Shown here piece by piece: positions 29,640-38,308 of a stretch of 64,000 nt of DNA (the first letter of the stretch is position 1; every line of letters begins with the position of its first letter). Source of the DNA: an uncultured Lachnospiraceae bacterium (GTDB taxonomy: Bacteria > Bacillota > Clostridia > Lachnospirales > Lachnospiraceae); NCBI GenBank assembly GCA_903789615.1, contig CAIFEV010000009.1, positions 3,296 to 67,295 on the forward strand, given 5' to 3'. Below the pieces are notes generated by a model. It did no database searches and had not been told where the DNA came from. It saw nothing but the letters and a program-made list of their open reading frames with translations. Position numbers and translations under genes: made by a program.

Positions 29640-30362
29640 ATGGCTGAGGAGAAAACGCCGGAGTACGGGGATCAGAGACCGGACGGACATGTGAGAGATG
29701 ACCGGGATGAAATGCGGCAGGAAGTGCAGAATTCCATGACGCTTCTGTCAGTCCGTGACTTCATGGCGAAGCTTTCCGGCAGGGACCCCGTCCCGGGAGG
29801 CGGCGGCGCGTCGGCTGTGGCGGCTGCGCTGGGTGCGGCCCTCGGCAGCATGACAGCAGCGCTTGCCGTCGGGAAAAAGCGGTATGCGGACAGCCAGGAG
29901 GCGCTTGAAAAACTGACGGAGCAGTTTCATGAACTGATACAGGAACTTCTGGCCTGCGTTGACCGGGATGCGGAGAACTTCCTTCCCCTTCTGTCGGCGT
30001 ACGGACTTCCCCACAGCACACCGGAGGAGACGAAAGCACGGGAGGAGGCCGTCGGCGCGGCTCTTGCAAAAGCAAGTGAAGTGCCGCTTTGCATTATGCG
30101 GCTCTGCCTGCAGGCGCTGCGCCTTCTTGACGAGGCGGAAGAAAAGGGAAGCCGGATGGCGGTGAGTGACGCGGGCGCCGGGGTGAAGCTAACACGGGCG
30201 GCGCTGGAAGCGGCCTCGCTCAACGTATACATCAACGCCAAAGCCATGAAAGACCGGGAGACGGCTTCACGGCAGCGGGAAGAGGCGGATAAAATGGTGC
30301 GGGAGGGAAAGAAACTCTCGGACGAGATTTACGGAAGAGTCCTGAAAGAAATCAGGGGGTGA
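29640..30362 (+). CDS. Cyclodeaminase/cyclohydrolase family protein (FtcD C-domain / FchA-like)
   Basis: PVPGGGGASAVAAALGAALGSM and NVYINA are typical blocks. RBS AGGAGA lies 8 nt upstream of ATG at 29640. Confidence 0.8.
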   Translation: MAEEKTPEYGDQRPDGHVRDDRDEMRQEVQNSMTLLSVRDFMAKLSGRDPVPGGGGASAVAAALGAALGSMTAALAVGKKRYADSQEALEKLTEQFHELIQELLACVDRDAENFLPLLSAYGLPHSTPEETKAREEAVGAALAKASEVPLCIMRLCLQALRLLDEAEEKGSRMAVSDAGAGVKLTRAALEAASLNVYINAKAMKDRETASRQREEADKMVREGKKLSDEIYGRVLKEIRG

Positions 30363-30368
30363 CACGGC

Positions 30369-31217
30369 ATGGAAGAGTGGCTCGGAAAACCGGTGGCAGA
30401 TGCCCTGACAGAAAAAATCCGTAGCCGGGCGGTCCTGGCAGGGGTCATGCCCAGACTTACGATCCTGCGCGTCGGTGCGCGTCCGGACGATCTTTCGTAT
30501 CAAAGGGGAGCTCTCCGGCGCATGGAAGCGTGCGGATTTGAGGCGGAAGTGCAGACATTCCCGGAGAACGTGAGTCAGGAGGAATTTGAGCGGGCACTCA
30601 AAAAAGCCGGCTCGGATCCGGACACGGACGGAATTCTGCTGTTTCAGCCTCTTCCGGCTGGGCTTGACGCCGGGCGGATACGGGAATGTATATGCCCGGA
30701 AAAGGATCTGGACGGCATCAGCCCGGTCAACCAGGCGAAACTCTACGCGGGGGACAGAAGCGGCTTTGCTCCCTGCACCGCCGAGGCTCTTATGCGGATT
30801 CTGGCCTTTTACGGGGTGAATCCGCGGGGGAAGAAGGCGGTCATCGTCGGCCGCAGCACGGTGATCGGAAGACCGGCCGCGATGCTGCTTCTGGCTTCAG
30901 ACGCGACGGTGACGATAACGCACACCAAAACAGTTAATCTGGCAGCGGAATGCCGGCAGGCCGACATCCTGGTGGCGGCCGCCGGACACGCGGGGACGGT
31001 TACGGCTGACTGCATAAAGCCGGGTGCCGTGGTCCTTGACGTGGGCATCAATGTGGACGAAAACGGAAAGCTGTGCGGCGACGTGGATGCCGAAGCGGTG
31101 ATAAGAGACGGAAAAGCGGCGGCGCTGACCCCGGTTCCGCGGGGCGTCGGAAGCGTGACGACAAGCGTTCTGGCAGAACATCTTCTGACAGCGGCGATAA
31201 GGCGGCGGGGCTTTTAA
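30369..31217 (+). CDS. folD: Bifunctional methylene-THF dehydrogenase / methenyl-THF cyclohydrolase
   Basis: The blocks GILLFQPLP, DLDGISP, APCTAEA, VIVGRSTVIGRP and PVPRGVGSVT are present. Confidence 0.9.
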   Translation: MEEWLGKPVADALTEKIRSRAVLAGVMPRLTILRVGARPDDLSYQRGALRRMEACGFEAEVQTFPENVSQEEFERALKKAGSDPDTDGILLFQPLPAGLDAGRIRECICPEKDLDGISPVNQAKLYAGDRSGFAPCTAEALMRILAFYGVNPRGKKAVIVGRSTVIGRPAAMLLLASDATVTITHTKTVNLAAECRQADILVAAAGHAGTVTADCIKPGAVVLDVGINVDENGKLCGDVDAEAVIRDGKAAALTPVPRGVGSVTTSVLAEHLLTAAIRRRGF

Positions 31218-31246
31218 CCGGACTGCCGGGAGCGTGTCTGCGCACT

Positions 31247-31275
31247 TGATAATTTTTAATCCGTATGATATAAGT
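31247..31275 (+). promoter_or_regulatory. Putative sigma-A promoter of the T-box leader
   Basis: TTGATA, a 17-nt spacer ending TGA, then TATAAG (extended -10 like). It lies about 20 nt upstream of Stem I. Confidence 0.4.
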
Positions 31276-31296
31276 ATTCTGTCTGTTGTCAGAAAG

Positions 31297-31630
31297 GCTG
31301 TGATGGAGACGACGGTCAGCAATTCGGATCTGGGCAGAGAGGGATGTCACCGGCTGAAAGCATCCTGAGATCCGGCAGATCTGTCCAACACTCCGGAGCC
31401 GGAGGGCCGATAGTCCGGTAGAAACTGCCGCGCGGATACACACCGCGGCGTAAGGAGCGGAAAGGTAGGCTTATCCCGCAGTGCCGCGCGTAAGACGGTT
31501 AAAGTGGGAGCTTTTGCGGCAGCTGCAGAGGCTTCAATCGCGGGTGGTACCGCGGGTCATGAACGATGCATGGTCCGTCCCGGAAAGTGTTCAGAAACAT
31601 GAGCATTTTCCGGGGCGGACTTTCTTTTTA
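31297..31630 (+). promoter_or_regulatory. T-box riboswitch leader, apparent specifier AAC (Asn)
   Basis: The GA/K-turn is GGCUG-UGAUG-GAG...CUCC-GGA-GCC. The AG bulge is GGGCAGAGAGG and the distal hairpin is GGAUG-UCACCGGCUGAAAG-CAUCC. The specifier-side strand is ...CUGUC-C-AAC-A-CUCC. The T-box core is AAUCGCGGGUGGUACCGCGGGUC at about 31536-31558, and a terminator follows. Confidence 0.85.
31573..31629 (+). terminator. T-box leader terminator
   Basis: GTCCGTCCCGGAAA (31573-31586) pairs with TTTCCGGGGCGGAC (31606-31620), followed by TTTCTTTTT. Confidence 0.8.
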
Positions 31631-31683
31631 GCGCATAAGCCAGCACCAGAGCATGGAAAGGACGCTGCCGGAAACCGGACTTG

Positions 31684-32019
31684 TCATCGGATTTTTGAAA
31701 ACGGACTGCTCCCGATGATTTTTTCGGACCTGCTGCCGGATGGCGATCATCGGAATTGTCATTATATTTGTTTCCGATGACTTTAAGAGGGCTTTTGAGC
31801 CATTCGAATCATCGGGAAAGCTAAAGTCAGGGCTATCCGATGATAACTTGCCTTTTCAGGCCCTGAATTGTCATCGGAATAGGATTGGTTTTCTAATTTT
31901 GATGAGGGCGGGGAATTTTAGGACGCCAATACTCATCGGAAAGGCAGACATGTGGTAATTCCGGTGATTTTGAAACGGCAATACTCATCGGAAAGGCAGG
32001 CTGACGGTGATTTTGATGA
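31684..32019. repeat. Hairpin-repeat array B: 6 TCATCGGAA/TTCCGATGA units, about 62 bp period
   Basis: Hairpins lie at 31684-31718, 31747-31780, 31809-31843, 31871-31905, 31933-31967 and 31985-32019. The array is non-coding and lies between the T-box terminator and the aspS start. Confidence 0.85.
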
Positions 32020-32130
32020 GCAGCCGCGGCCGGCAGCCGGCACCAGGCATGACAGCGAAGCGCCGCCTGGATATGTGCGGGCGTATGCGCTGAAAAGCAT
32101 CAGAAAATCAGGGATTTTCAGGAGGTATCT

Positions 32131-33465
32131 ATGGAATTTGTCGATGGAAGTGTCACAAGGCCGTATCTGACCGGCGATGAGATCATCAGCCAGGGCAGGG
32201 TGGGGCAGGAAGTAACCGTGCGGGGTGCCATACACAATATCCGCGACATGGCGGATATCGCATTTGTCATTCTGAGACAGGCGTACTGCGTCGTACAGTG
32301 CACGCTGGAGGAGGGAAAGGCGAACCTCTCCGTAAAAGACATCACCGAGGGCATGACCGTGGAGATCCGCGGCATGGCGGTGAAGGAAGACCGGGCGCCG
32401 AACGGTTTTGAGATCCACACGGAAGAGATCAAAATCCTCTCCACGCCGGCTGTCGCGCAGATGCCGGTTCCGATCAAGAACTGGAAACTGAAGACGTCGC
32501 TTGAGACGATTCTGAACCTGCGCTCGGTGACGCTGCGCAACCTGCGCGAGAGAAGCAAGTTCCGGATTCAGGAGGGTATCGTGCGCGGTTTCCGCGACTA
32601 CCTGCACGCGCAGGGATTCACGGAAATTCACACGCCCAAGATCAACGCGCGCTCGGTTGAGTCCGGCGCGACGCTCTTTAAGCTCGAGTATTTCGGCAAG
32701 CACGCCGTGCTGGCGCAGAGCCCGCAGACCTACAAGCAGATGTGCGTGGGCGCGTTTGACCGCGTGTTTGAGGTGGGCCCGGTGTTCCGCGCCGAGAAGC
32801 ACAACACGCCGCGGCACCTGAACGAGTACACCTCGCTTGACTTCGAGATGGGATACATCGACAGCTTTGAGGATCTGATGGAGATGGAGACCGGCTTCAT
32901 CAAATACACGATGGACCTGCTGAAGCGCGAGTATCCTAAGGAGATCGCACAGCTGAAGGCCGACGTCCCGGATGTTGACAAAATCCCGCAGTGCCGGTTC
33001 GACGAGGCAAAGCGCCTGGTGTCCGAAAAGTACAACCGCCCGATCCGCAACCCGTTTGACCTGGAGCCGGAGGAGGAGAAGCTGATCGGCCGCTATTTCA
33101 AGGAAGAGTATGGTTCGGATTTCGTATTTGTCACGTATTATCCGAGCAAGAAGCGCCCGTTCTACGCGATGGACGATCCGAAGGATGACAAATTCACCCT
33201 CTCCTTTGACCTGCTGTTCCGCGGCGTGGAGATCACGACCGGAGGACAGAGAATCCATGAGCTGGATCAGCTGCTGGCGAAAATGGAGAAGAAGAGAATG
33301 ACGCCGGAGGGGATGGAGCACTATCTGATGGCCTTCAAGTACGGCATGCCGCCGCACGGGGGACTGGGCATCGGTCTGGAGCGTTTCACGATGCAGCTTC
33401 TGGGCGAGGAGAATGTCCGCGAGACCTGCCTGTTCCCGAGAGACCTCTCCCGCCTGGAGCCATGA
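32131..33465 (+). CDS. aspS: Aspartate--tRNA ligase, short (archaeal/type-2) form, probably non-discriminating
   Basis: 444 aa class II enzyme with FRAE, an SFDL...GGQR block and GLGIGLER. RBS CAGGAGG lies upstream. It is followed directly by gatCAB. Confidence 0.88.
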   Translation: MEFVDGSVTRPYLTGDEIISQGRVGQEVTVRGAIHNIRDMADIAFVILRQAYCVVQCTLEEGKANLSVKDITEGMTVEIRGMAVKEDRAPNGFEIHTEEIKILSTPAVAQMPVPIKNWKLKTSLETILNLRSVTLRNLRERSKFRIQEGIVRGFRDYLHAQGFTEIHTPKINARSVESGATLFKLEYFGKHAVLAQSPQTYKQMCVGAFDRVFEVGPVFRAEKHNTPRHLNEYTSLDFEMGYIDSFEDLMEMETGFIKYTMDLLKREYPKEIAQLKADVPDVDKIPQCRFDEAKRLVSEKYNRPIRNPFDLEPEEEKLIGRYFKEEYGSDFVFVTYYPSKKRPFYAMDDPKDDKFTLSFDLLFRGVEITTGGQRIHELDQLLAKMEKKRMTPEGMEHYLMAFKYGMPPHGGLGIGLERFTMQLLGEENVRETCLFPRDLSRLEP

Positions 33466-33484
33466 GCAAAGGAGAACAAAGCAT

Positions 33485-33778
33485 ATGGCACATGTGATTG
33501 ACGACGAAACGATCGACTATGTCGGGATTCTGGCCAAGCTGGAGCTTGACGGAGAAGAGAAAGAAAAAGCCAAGAAGGACATGGCACAGATGCTGGACTA
33601 CGTCGACATGTTAAATGAGCTTGACACAGACAGCGTGGAGCCGATGACGCATGTCTTTCCGGTGAACAACGTCTTCCGCGAAGACGTCGTGACCAACGGC
33701 GACGGCTCGGAGGAGGCGCTCGCCAACGCGCCGGAGAAGAAAGAAAACCAGTACGTTGTTCCAAAGACATTTGTGTGA
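33485..33778 (+). CDS. gatC: Asp/Glu-tRNA amidotransferase subunit C
   Basis: About 97 aa. The blocks LAKLELDGEEKEK...MLDYVDMLNELDT...VEP are typical GatC. ATG at 33485 follows AAAGGAGAA. Confidence 0.88.
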   Translation: MAHVIDDETIDYVGILAKLELDGEEKEKAKKDMAQMLDYVDMLNELDTDSVEPMTHVFPVNNVFREDVVTNGDGSEEALANAPEKKENQYVVPKTFV

Positions 33779-33801
33779 GGATACCGGCAGGAGAGAAAAT
33801 A

Positions 33802-35280
33802 ATGAGTCTGATGAATTTGACGGCCGTTGAGCTGGGCAGAAAGATCCGGGCGAAGGAGGTTTCCGTGCAGGAAGCCGCCCAGGCAAGCCTGGAGAGCATC
33901 GACGCGAAGGAAGACAGGCTTCACAGCTTCATCACCCGCATCGATCGTAAAAAGGTGCTTGCGCGCGCGGACGAGGTACAGAAGAAAATTGATGCCGGGG
34001 AGCTCACCGGCCCGCTGGCCGGCGTTCCGGTGGCGATAAAGGACAACATGAACACGAAAGGCGTGCTGACGAGTGCGGCCTCTCATATTCTGGACAATTT
34101 TGTTCCGCGCTTCAGCGCGACGGCGGTGGAGCGGCTGGAGCAGGCCGGAGCCGTTGTCGTCGGAAAGACCAACATGGATGAGTTCGCCATGGGCAGCACC
34201 ACGGAGACTTCCTACTTCGGTCCGACGGCCAATCCGTTTGACACAGCCCGCGTTCCGGGCGGCTCGTCCGGCGGTTCTGCCGCGGCGGTCTCCGGAGCGG
34301 AAGTTCCGTACGCGCTCGGGTCGGATACCGGCGGATCCATCCGCCAGCCCTGCGCTTACTGCGGAGCAACGGGCATCAAGCCGACTTACGGGACGGTTTC
34401 CCGTTACGGGCTGATCGCGTATGGATCTTCGCTTGATCAGATCGGGCCGATCGCGAAAGATGTGAGCGACTGTGCCGCGATTCTGGAGACGATTGCGGCT
34501 CCGGACGAGAAAGATTCGACCTCGGTTGCGCGGGATTCCTACGCGTTCACGAAATCCCTGACGCAGGGCGTGAAGGGGCTGAAGATCGGCATCCCGAGAG
34601 ACTATTTTGGAGACGGCCTTGATCCGGAAGTAAGACAGAAGGTGCTTGCCGCTGCAGACGTGCTGAAGAGTGAGGGGGCCATCGTCGAGGAATTTGATCT
34701 CAGCCTTGTGCAGTACGCCATTCCCGCGTACTACCTGATCGCCTGCGCGGAGGCAAGCTCGAACCTCGAGCGGTTTGACGGCGTGAAGTACGGCTACCGC
34801 ACAAAGGACTACGAAGAGCTTCACCAGATGTACAAGAAGACCCGCTCGGAAGGATTCGGGCCGGAGGTAAGGCGCCGCATCATGCTGGGCTCCTTTGTGC
34901 TCAGCTCCGGCTACTATGATGCCTACTATCTGAAGGCGCTGCGCACGAAGGCGCTCATCAAGGCGGCGTTTGACAAGGCATTTGCCAGGTATGACGTGAT
35001 CCTGGGGCCGGTGGCTCCGACCACGGCGCCGAAGATGAACAGCTCGCTTTCAGACCCGCTGAAGATGTATTTGAGCGACGTCTATACCGTCAGCGTGAAC
35101 CTCTGCTGCCTGCCGGGGCTGTCGCTTCCGTGCGGCCTGGCGTCCGACGGCATGCCCGTCGGCCTGCAGCTCATCGGCGACTGCTTCCGGGAGGACAATC
35201 TGTTCCGCGCCGCATATGCGTATGAGCAGGCGAGAGGCCCCATTATGAGCCCGTTTGCCAGAGAGGAGGCAGAAAAGTGA
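33802..35280 (+). CDS. gatA: Asp/Glu-tRNA amidotransferase subunit A
   Basis: The amidase signature is GGSSGGSAAAV...GSDTGGSIRQP. ATG at 33802 follows CAGGAGAG. Confidence 0.92.
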   Translation: MSLMNLTAVELGRKIRAKEVSVQEAAQASLESIDAKEDRLHSFITRIDRKKVLARADEVQKKIDAGELTGPLAGVPVAIKDNMNTKGVLTSAASHILDNFVPRFSATAVERLEQAGAVVVGKTNMDEFAMGSTTETSYFGPTANPFDTARVPGGSSGGSAAAVSGAEVPYALGSDTGGSIRQPCAYCGATGIKPTYGTVSRYGLIAYGSSLDQIGPIAKDVSDCAAILETIAAPDEKDSTSVARDSYAFTKSLTQGVKGLKIGIPRDYFGDGLDPEVRQKVLAAADVLKSEGAIVEEFDLSLVQYAIPAYYLIACAEASSNLERFDGVKYGYRTKDYEELHQMYKKTRSEGFGPEVRRRIMLGSFVLSSGYYDAYYLKALRTKALIKAAFDKAFARYDVILGPVAPTTAPKMNSSLSDPLKMYLSDVYTVSVNLCCLPGLSLPCGLASDGMPVGLQLIGDCFREDNLFRAAYAYEQARGPIMSPFAREEAEK

Positions 35281-36719
35281 GCGGAATGAAACAGTATGAA
35301 ACCGTCATCGGACTGGAGGTCCATGTCGAGCTCGCCACGAAGACCAAGATCTTCTGCGGATGTTCCACAGCCTTCGGCGGAGCGCCCAACACCCACACCT
35401 GCCCGGTCTGCACCGGTATGCCGGGGTCGCTTCCGGTTCTGAACAAACAGGTGGTCAATTACGCGATCGCCGTCGGACTCGCGACCAACTGTGATATCAC
35501 GCGCAAGTGCAAGTTTGACCGGAAGAACTACTTCTATCCGGACAACCCGCAGAACTATCAGATCTCCCAGCTGTACTACCCGATCTGCCGCAACGGCCAT
35601 GTGGACATCACGGTAAATGGCAGCCAGAAGTCCGTGGGCATTCATGAGATTCACATGGAAGAGGATGCCGGCAAGCTGATTCACGACAACTGGCTGGACG
35701 CATCGCTTGTCGACTACAACCGTTCCGGCGTGCCGCTTATCGAGATCGTGTCGGAGCCGGACATGCGCTCCTCCGAGGAGGTCATCGCGTATCTCGAGAA
35801 GCTGCGCACGACCATCCAGTATCTGGGGGCGTCTGACTGCAAGCTGCAGGAAGGCTCGATGAGAGCCGATGTGAACCTGTCCGTTCGCGAGGTGGGCGCA
35901 AAGCAGTTCGGCACCCGTACCGAGATGAAAAATATCAACTCCTTCAAGGCCATCGCCCACGCCATCGCCGGCGAGACGCAGCGTCAGATCGAGCTGCTCG
36001 AGGACGGTAAAAAGGTGATTCAGGAGACACGCCGCTGGGACGACAACAAGGGTGCTTCCTTCCCGATGCGCTCCAAGGAAGACGCCAAGGACTACCGGTA
36101 CTTCCCGGAGCCGGATCTCCCGCCGATTGTGATCTCGCAGGAGTGGATCGACCGCATCAAGAGCCGGGAGCCGGAGTTCAAGGAAGAAAAACAGGCCCGC
36201 TACCAGAAGGAGTTCGGCCTGACGGAATACGACGCCGATATCCTGACCGATTCCCGCAAGATCGCCGAGACCTTCGAGAAAGCGGCAGCTATCTGCGGCA
36301 ATCCGAAAAAAACAGCCAACTGGCTGATGGACGACACCATGCGTCTGTTAAAGGATCACTCGATGGATCCGGAGGACATCCGTTTCTCACCGGAACACCT
36401 GGCGGCGCTCGTGAAGCTGACCGACAGCAATACCATCAACAGTTCCGTCGCCGCGGAGGTCTTTGAGAAGATTTTCACGGATGACATTGATCCGGACAAG
36501 TATGTCGAGGAACATGGCCTGAAGCAGGTCAACGACGCGGGCGCGCTTGAGGAGACCATCCGCGGAATCGTTGCGGCCAATCCGCAGTCGGTGGCGGACT
36601 ACAAGGCCGGAAAGAAGAAGGCCATAGGCTTCCTCGTCGGTCAGACCATGAAGGCCATGAAGGGCAAGGCCAATCCCGGAATGGTGAACCAGATCCTGAC
36701 CAGACTTCTGGAAGAGTAA
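35277..36719 (+). CDS. gatB: Asp/Glu-tRNA amidotransferase subunit B
   Basis: YETVIGLEVHVEL, CPVCTGMPG and a GatB/YqeY tail are present. The start is either GTG at 35277 (overlapping the gatA stop) or ATG at 35286. Confidence 0.9.
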   Translation: MSGMKQYETVIGLEVHVELATKTKIFCGCSTAFGGAPNTHTCPVCTGMPGSLPVLNKQVVNYAIAVGLATNCDITRKCKFDRKNYFYPDNPQNYQISQLYYPICRNGHVDITVNGSQKSVGIHEIHMEEDAGKLIHDNWLDASLVDYNRSGVPLIEIVSEPDMRSSEEVIAYLEKLRTTIQYLGASDCKLQEGSMRADVNLSVREVGAKQFGTRTEMKNINSFKAIAHAIAGETQRQIELLEDGKKVIQETRRWDDNKGASFPMRSKEDAKDYRYFPEPDLPPIVISQEWIDRIKSREPEFKEEKQARYQKEFGLTEYDADILTDSRKIAETFEKAAAICGNPKKTANWLMDDTMRLLKDHSMDPEDIRFSPEHLAALVKLTDSNTINSSVAAEVFEKIFTDDIDPDKYVEEHGLKQVNDAGALEETIRGIVAANPQSVADYKAGKKKAIGFLVGQTMKAMKGKANPGMVNQILTRLLEE

Positions 36720-36727
36720 ACGTATAG

Positions 36728-36754
36728 CAGGCGGGGCCTAAACTGCCCCGCCTG
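36728..36754 (+). terminator. Hairpin after gatB (weak U-tract)
   Basis: CAGGCGGGG pairs with CCCCGCCTG. Only a TGTTAT tail follows. Confidence 0.35.
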
Positions 36755-36788
36755 TGTTATCTGCCAAGACGCAGGGAGGAGACTTTCC

Positions 36789-38222
36789 ATGAAACGCGAC
36801 ATTTATGAGACACCGCTGGCGACCCGCTATGCCAGCAAGGAAATGCAGTACATCTTTTCTCCGGACAAGAAGTTCAAGACCTGGAGAAAACTCTGGATCG
36901 CGCTGGCCGAGACGGAAAAAGAACTCGGCCTTGCCATCACGGACGAGCAGATTGCGGAGATGAAGGCCCATGCGGAAGACATCAATTACGCGGATGCCGA
37001 GGCAAGAGAGCGGGTTGTCCGCCACGATGTCATGTCCCACGTGTACGCCTACGGCCTGCAGTGTCCGAAGGCAAAGGGCATTATCCACCTGGGCGCGACG
37101 AGCTGCTATGTGGGCGACAATACGGACATCATCATCATGACCGAGGCCCTGAAGCTCGTGCGCAAAGAGCTGGTCAACGTCATCAATGAACTGGCAAAAT
37201 TCGCGGATAAGTACAAGGCGCTTCCGACACTTGCCTTTACGCACTATCAGCCGGCACAGCCGACGACGGTCGGAAAGCGGGCGACGCTTTGGATTAACGA
37301 TCTGATGATGGACCTGGAGGACCTGAATTATCTGATCTCGACCATGAAGCTTCTGGGATGCAAGGGCACAACCGGCACACAGGCCTCCTTCATGGAGCTG
37401 TTTAACGGAGACCAGGACAAGATCCGTCAGATTGACAAGAAGATCGCCGAAAAGATGGGATTTGAGTCCTGTGTTCCGGTGTCCGGTCAGACCTATTCGC
37501 GCAAGGTGGATTCCCGCGTGGTTAATGTGCTCGCCGGCATCGCCGAGTCCGCGCACAAGTTCAGCAACGACATCCGTCTGCTCCAGCACATGAAGGAGAT
37601 CGAGGAGCCGTTCGAGAAGACCCAGATCGGATCTTCCGCGATGGCCTACAAGAGAAATCCGATGCGCAGCGAGCGCATGGCGTCTCTGGCGGACTTCGTG
37701 ATGAGCGACATGATGAACCCGGCATTTGTCGCGTCGACCCAGTGGTTTGAGAGAACCCTCGATGATTCGGCCAACAAGCGGATGTCCATCCCGGAGGCGT
37801 TCCTTGCGGTGGACGGCATCCTGGACCTGTACATGAACATCGTGGACGGTCTGGTTGTATACGAGAAGGTCATTCACAAGCACCTGATGGCAGAGCTTCC
37901 GTTCATGGCCACCGAGAACATCATGATGGACGCGGTGAAGATGGGCGGCGACCGTCAGGAGCTGCACGAGCGCATCCGCGAGCTGTCCATGCAGGCCGGC
38001 GCGCGCGTAAAGCAGGAAGGGAAGGACAACAACCTGCTCGAGCTCATCGCCGCCGATCCGATGTTCCATGTGACCTTAGAGCAGCTTGAAAAGAATCTTG
38101 ATCCGGCCAAGTACACCGGCCGCGCTGCGCAGCAGGTGGAGGAATACCTCGCAGCGGACGTGAAGCCGATGCTTGCGGCGCACAAGGATGAGCTTGGTAT
38201 GAAGGCGGATATTGAAGTCTGA
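36789..38222 (+). CDS. purB: Adenylosuccinate lyase
   Basis: 477 aa. The N-terminus PLATRYASKEM and the fumarate-lyase signature GSSAMAYKRNP are present. Confidence 0.92.
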   Translation: MKRDIYETPLATRYASKEMQYIFSPDKKFKTWRKLWIALAETEKELGLAITDEQIAEMKAHAEDINYADAEARERVVRHDVMSHVYAYGLQCPKAKGIIHLGATSCYVGDNTDIIIMTEALKLVRKELVNVINELAKFADKYKALPTLAFTHYQPAQPTTVGKRATLWINDLMMDLEDLNYLISTMKLLGCKGTTGTQASFMELFNGDQDKIRQIDKKIAEKMGFESCVPVSGQTYSRKVDSRVVNVLAGIAESAHKFSNDIRLLQHMKEIEEPFEKTQIGSSAMAYKRNPMRSERMASLADFVMSDMMNPAFVASTQWFERTLDDSANKRMSIPEAFLAVDGILDLYMNIVDGLVVYEKVIHKHLMAELPFMATENIMMDAVKMGGDRQELHERIRELSMQAGARVKQEGKDNNLLELIAADPMFHVTLEQLEKNLDPAKYTGRAAQQVEEYLAADVKPMLAAHKDELGMKADIEV

Positions 38223-38308
38223 GCTCAACGATTTCCCAGACCGAATACCGGAAGTATATATGCCCCGGCGGGGCTTTTAAGCGCCAGAAAGAGAGAGTAA
38301 AACCCCGG

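Noticed and set aside
31684-32019. CRISPR array interpretation of the ~62-bp-period arrays (also 12736-12959, 40867-41512 and 42767-43176).
   Set aside because: The period is CRISPR-like, but the conserved parts are only 7-13 nt inverted arms, not 25-37 nt direct repeats. The supposed spacers are themselves semi-conserved between units. No cas genes or leader are present.
31933-33357. 474-aa minus-strand ORF opposite aspS. Similar long antisense ORFs lie at 10924-12174, 17801-19072, 25738-27051, 33598-34824, 36738-38069, 50779-52113 and 62308-63462.
   Set aside because: All lie exactly opposite confidently identified genes and have R/H/G/P-biased composition without motifs. They are treated as GC-driven shadow ORFs.
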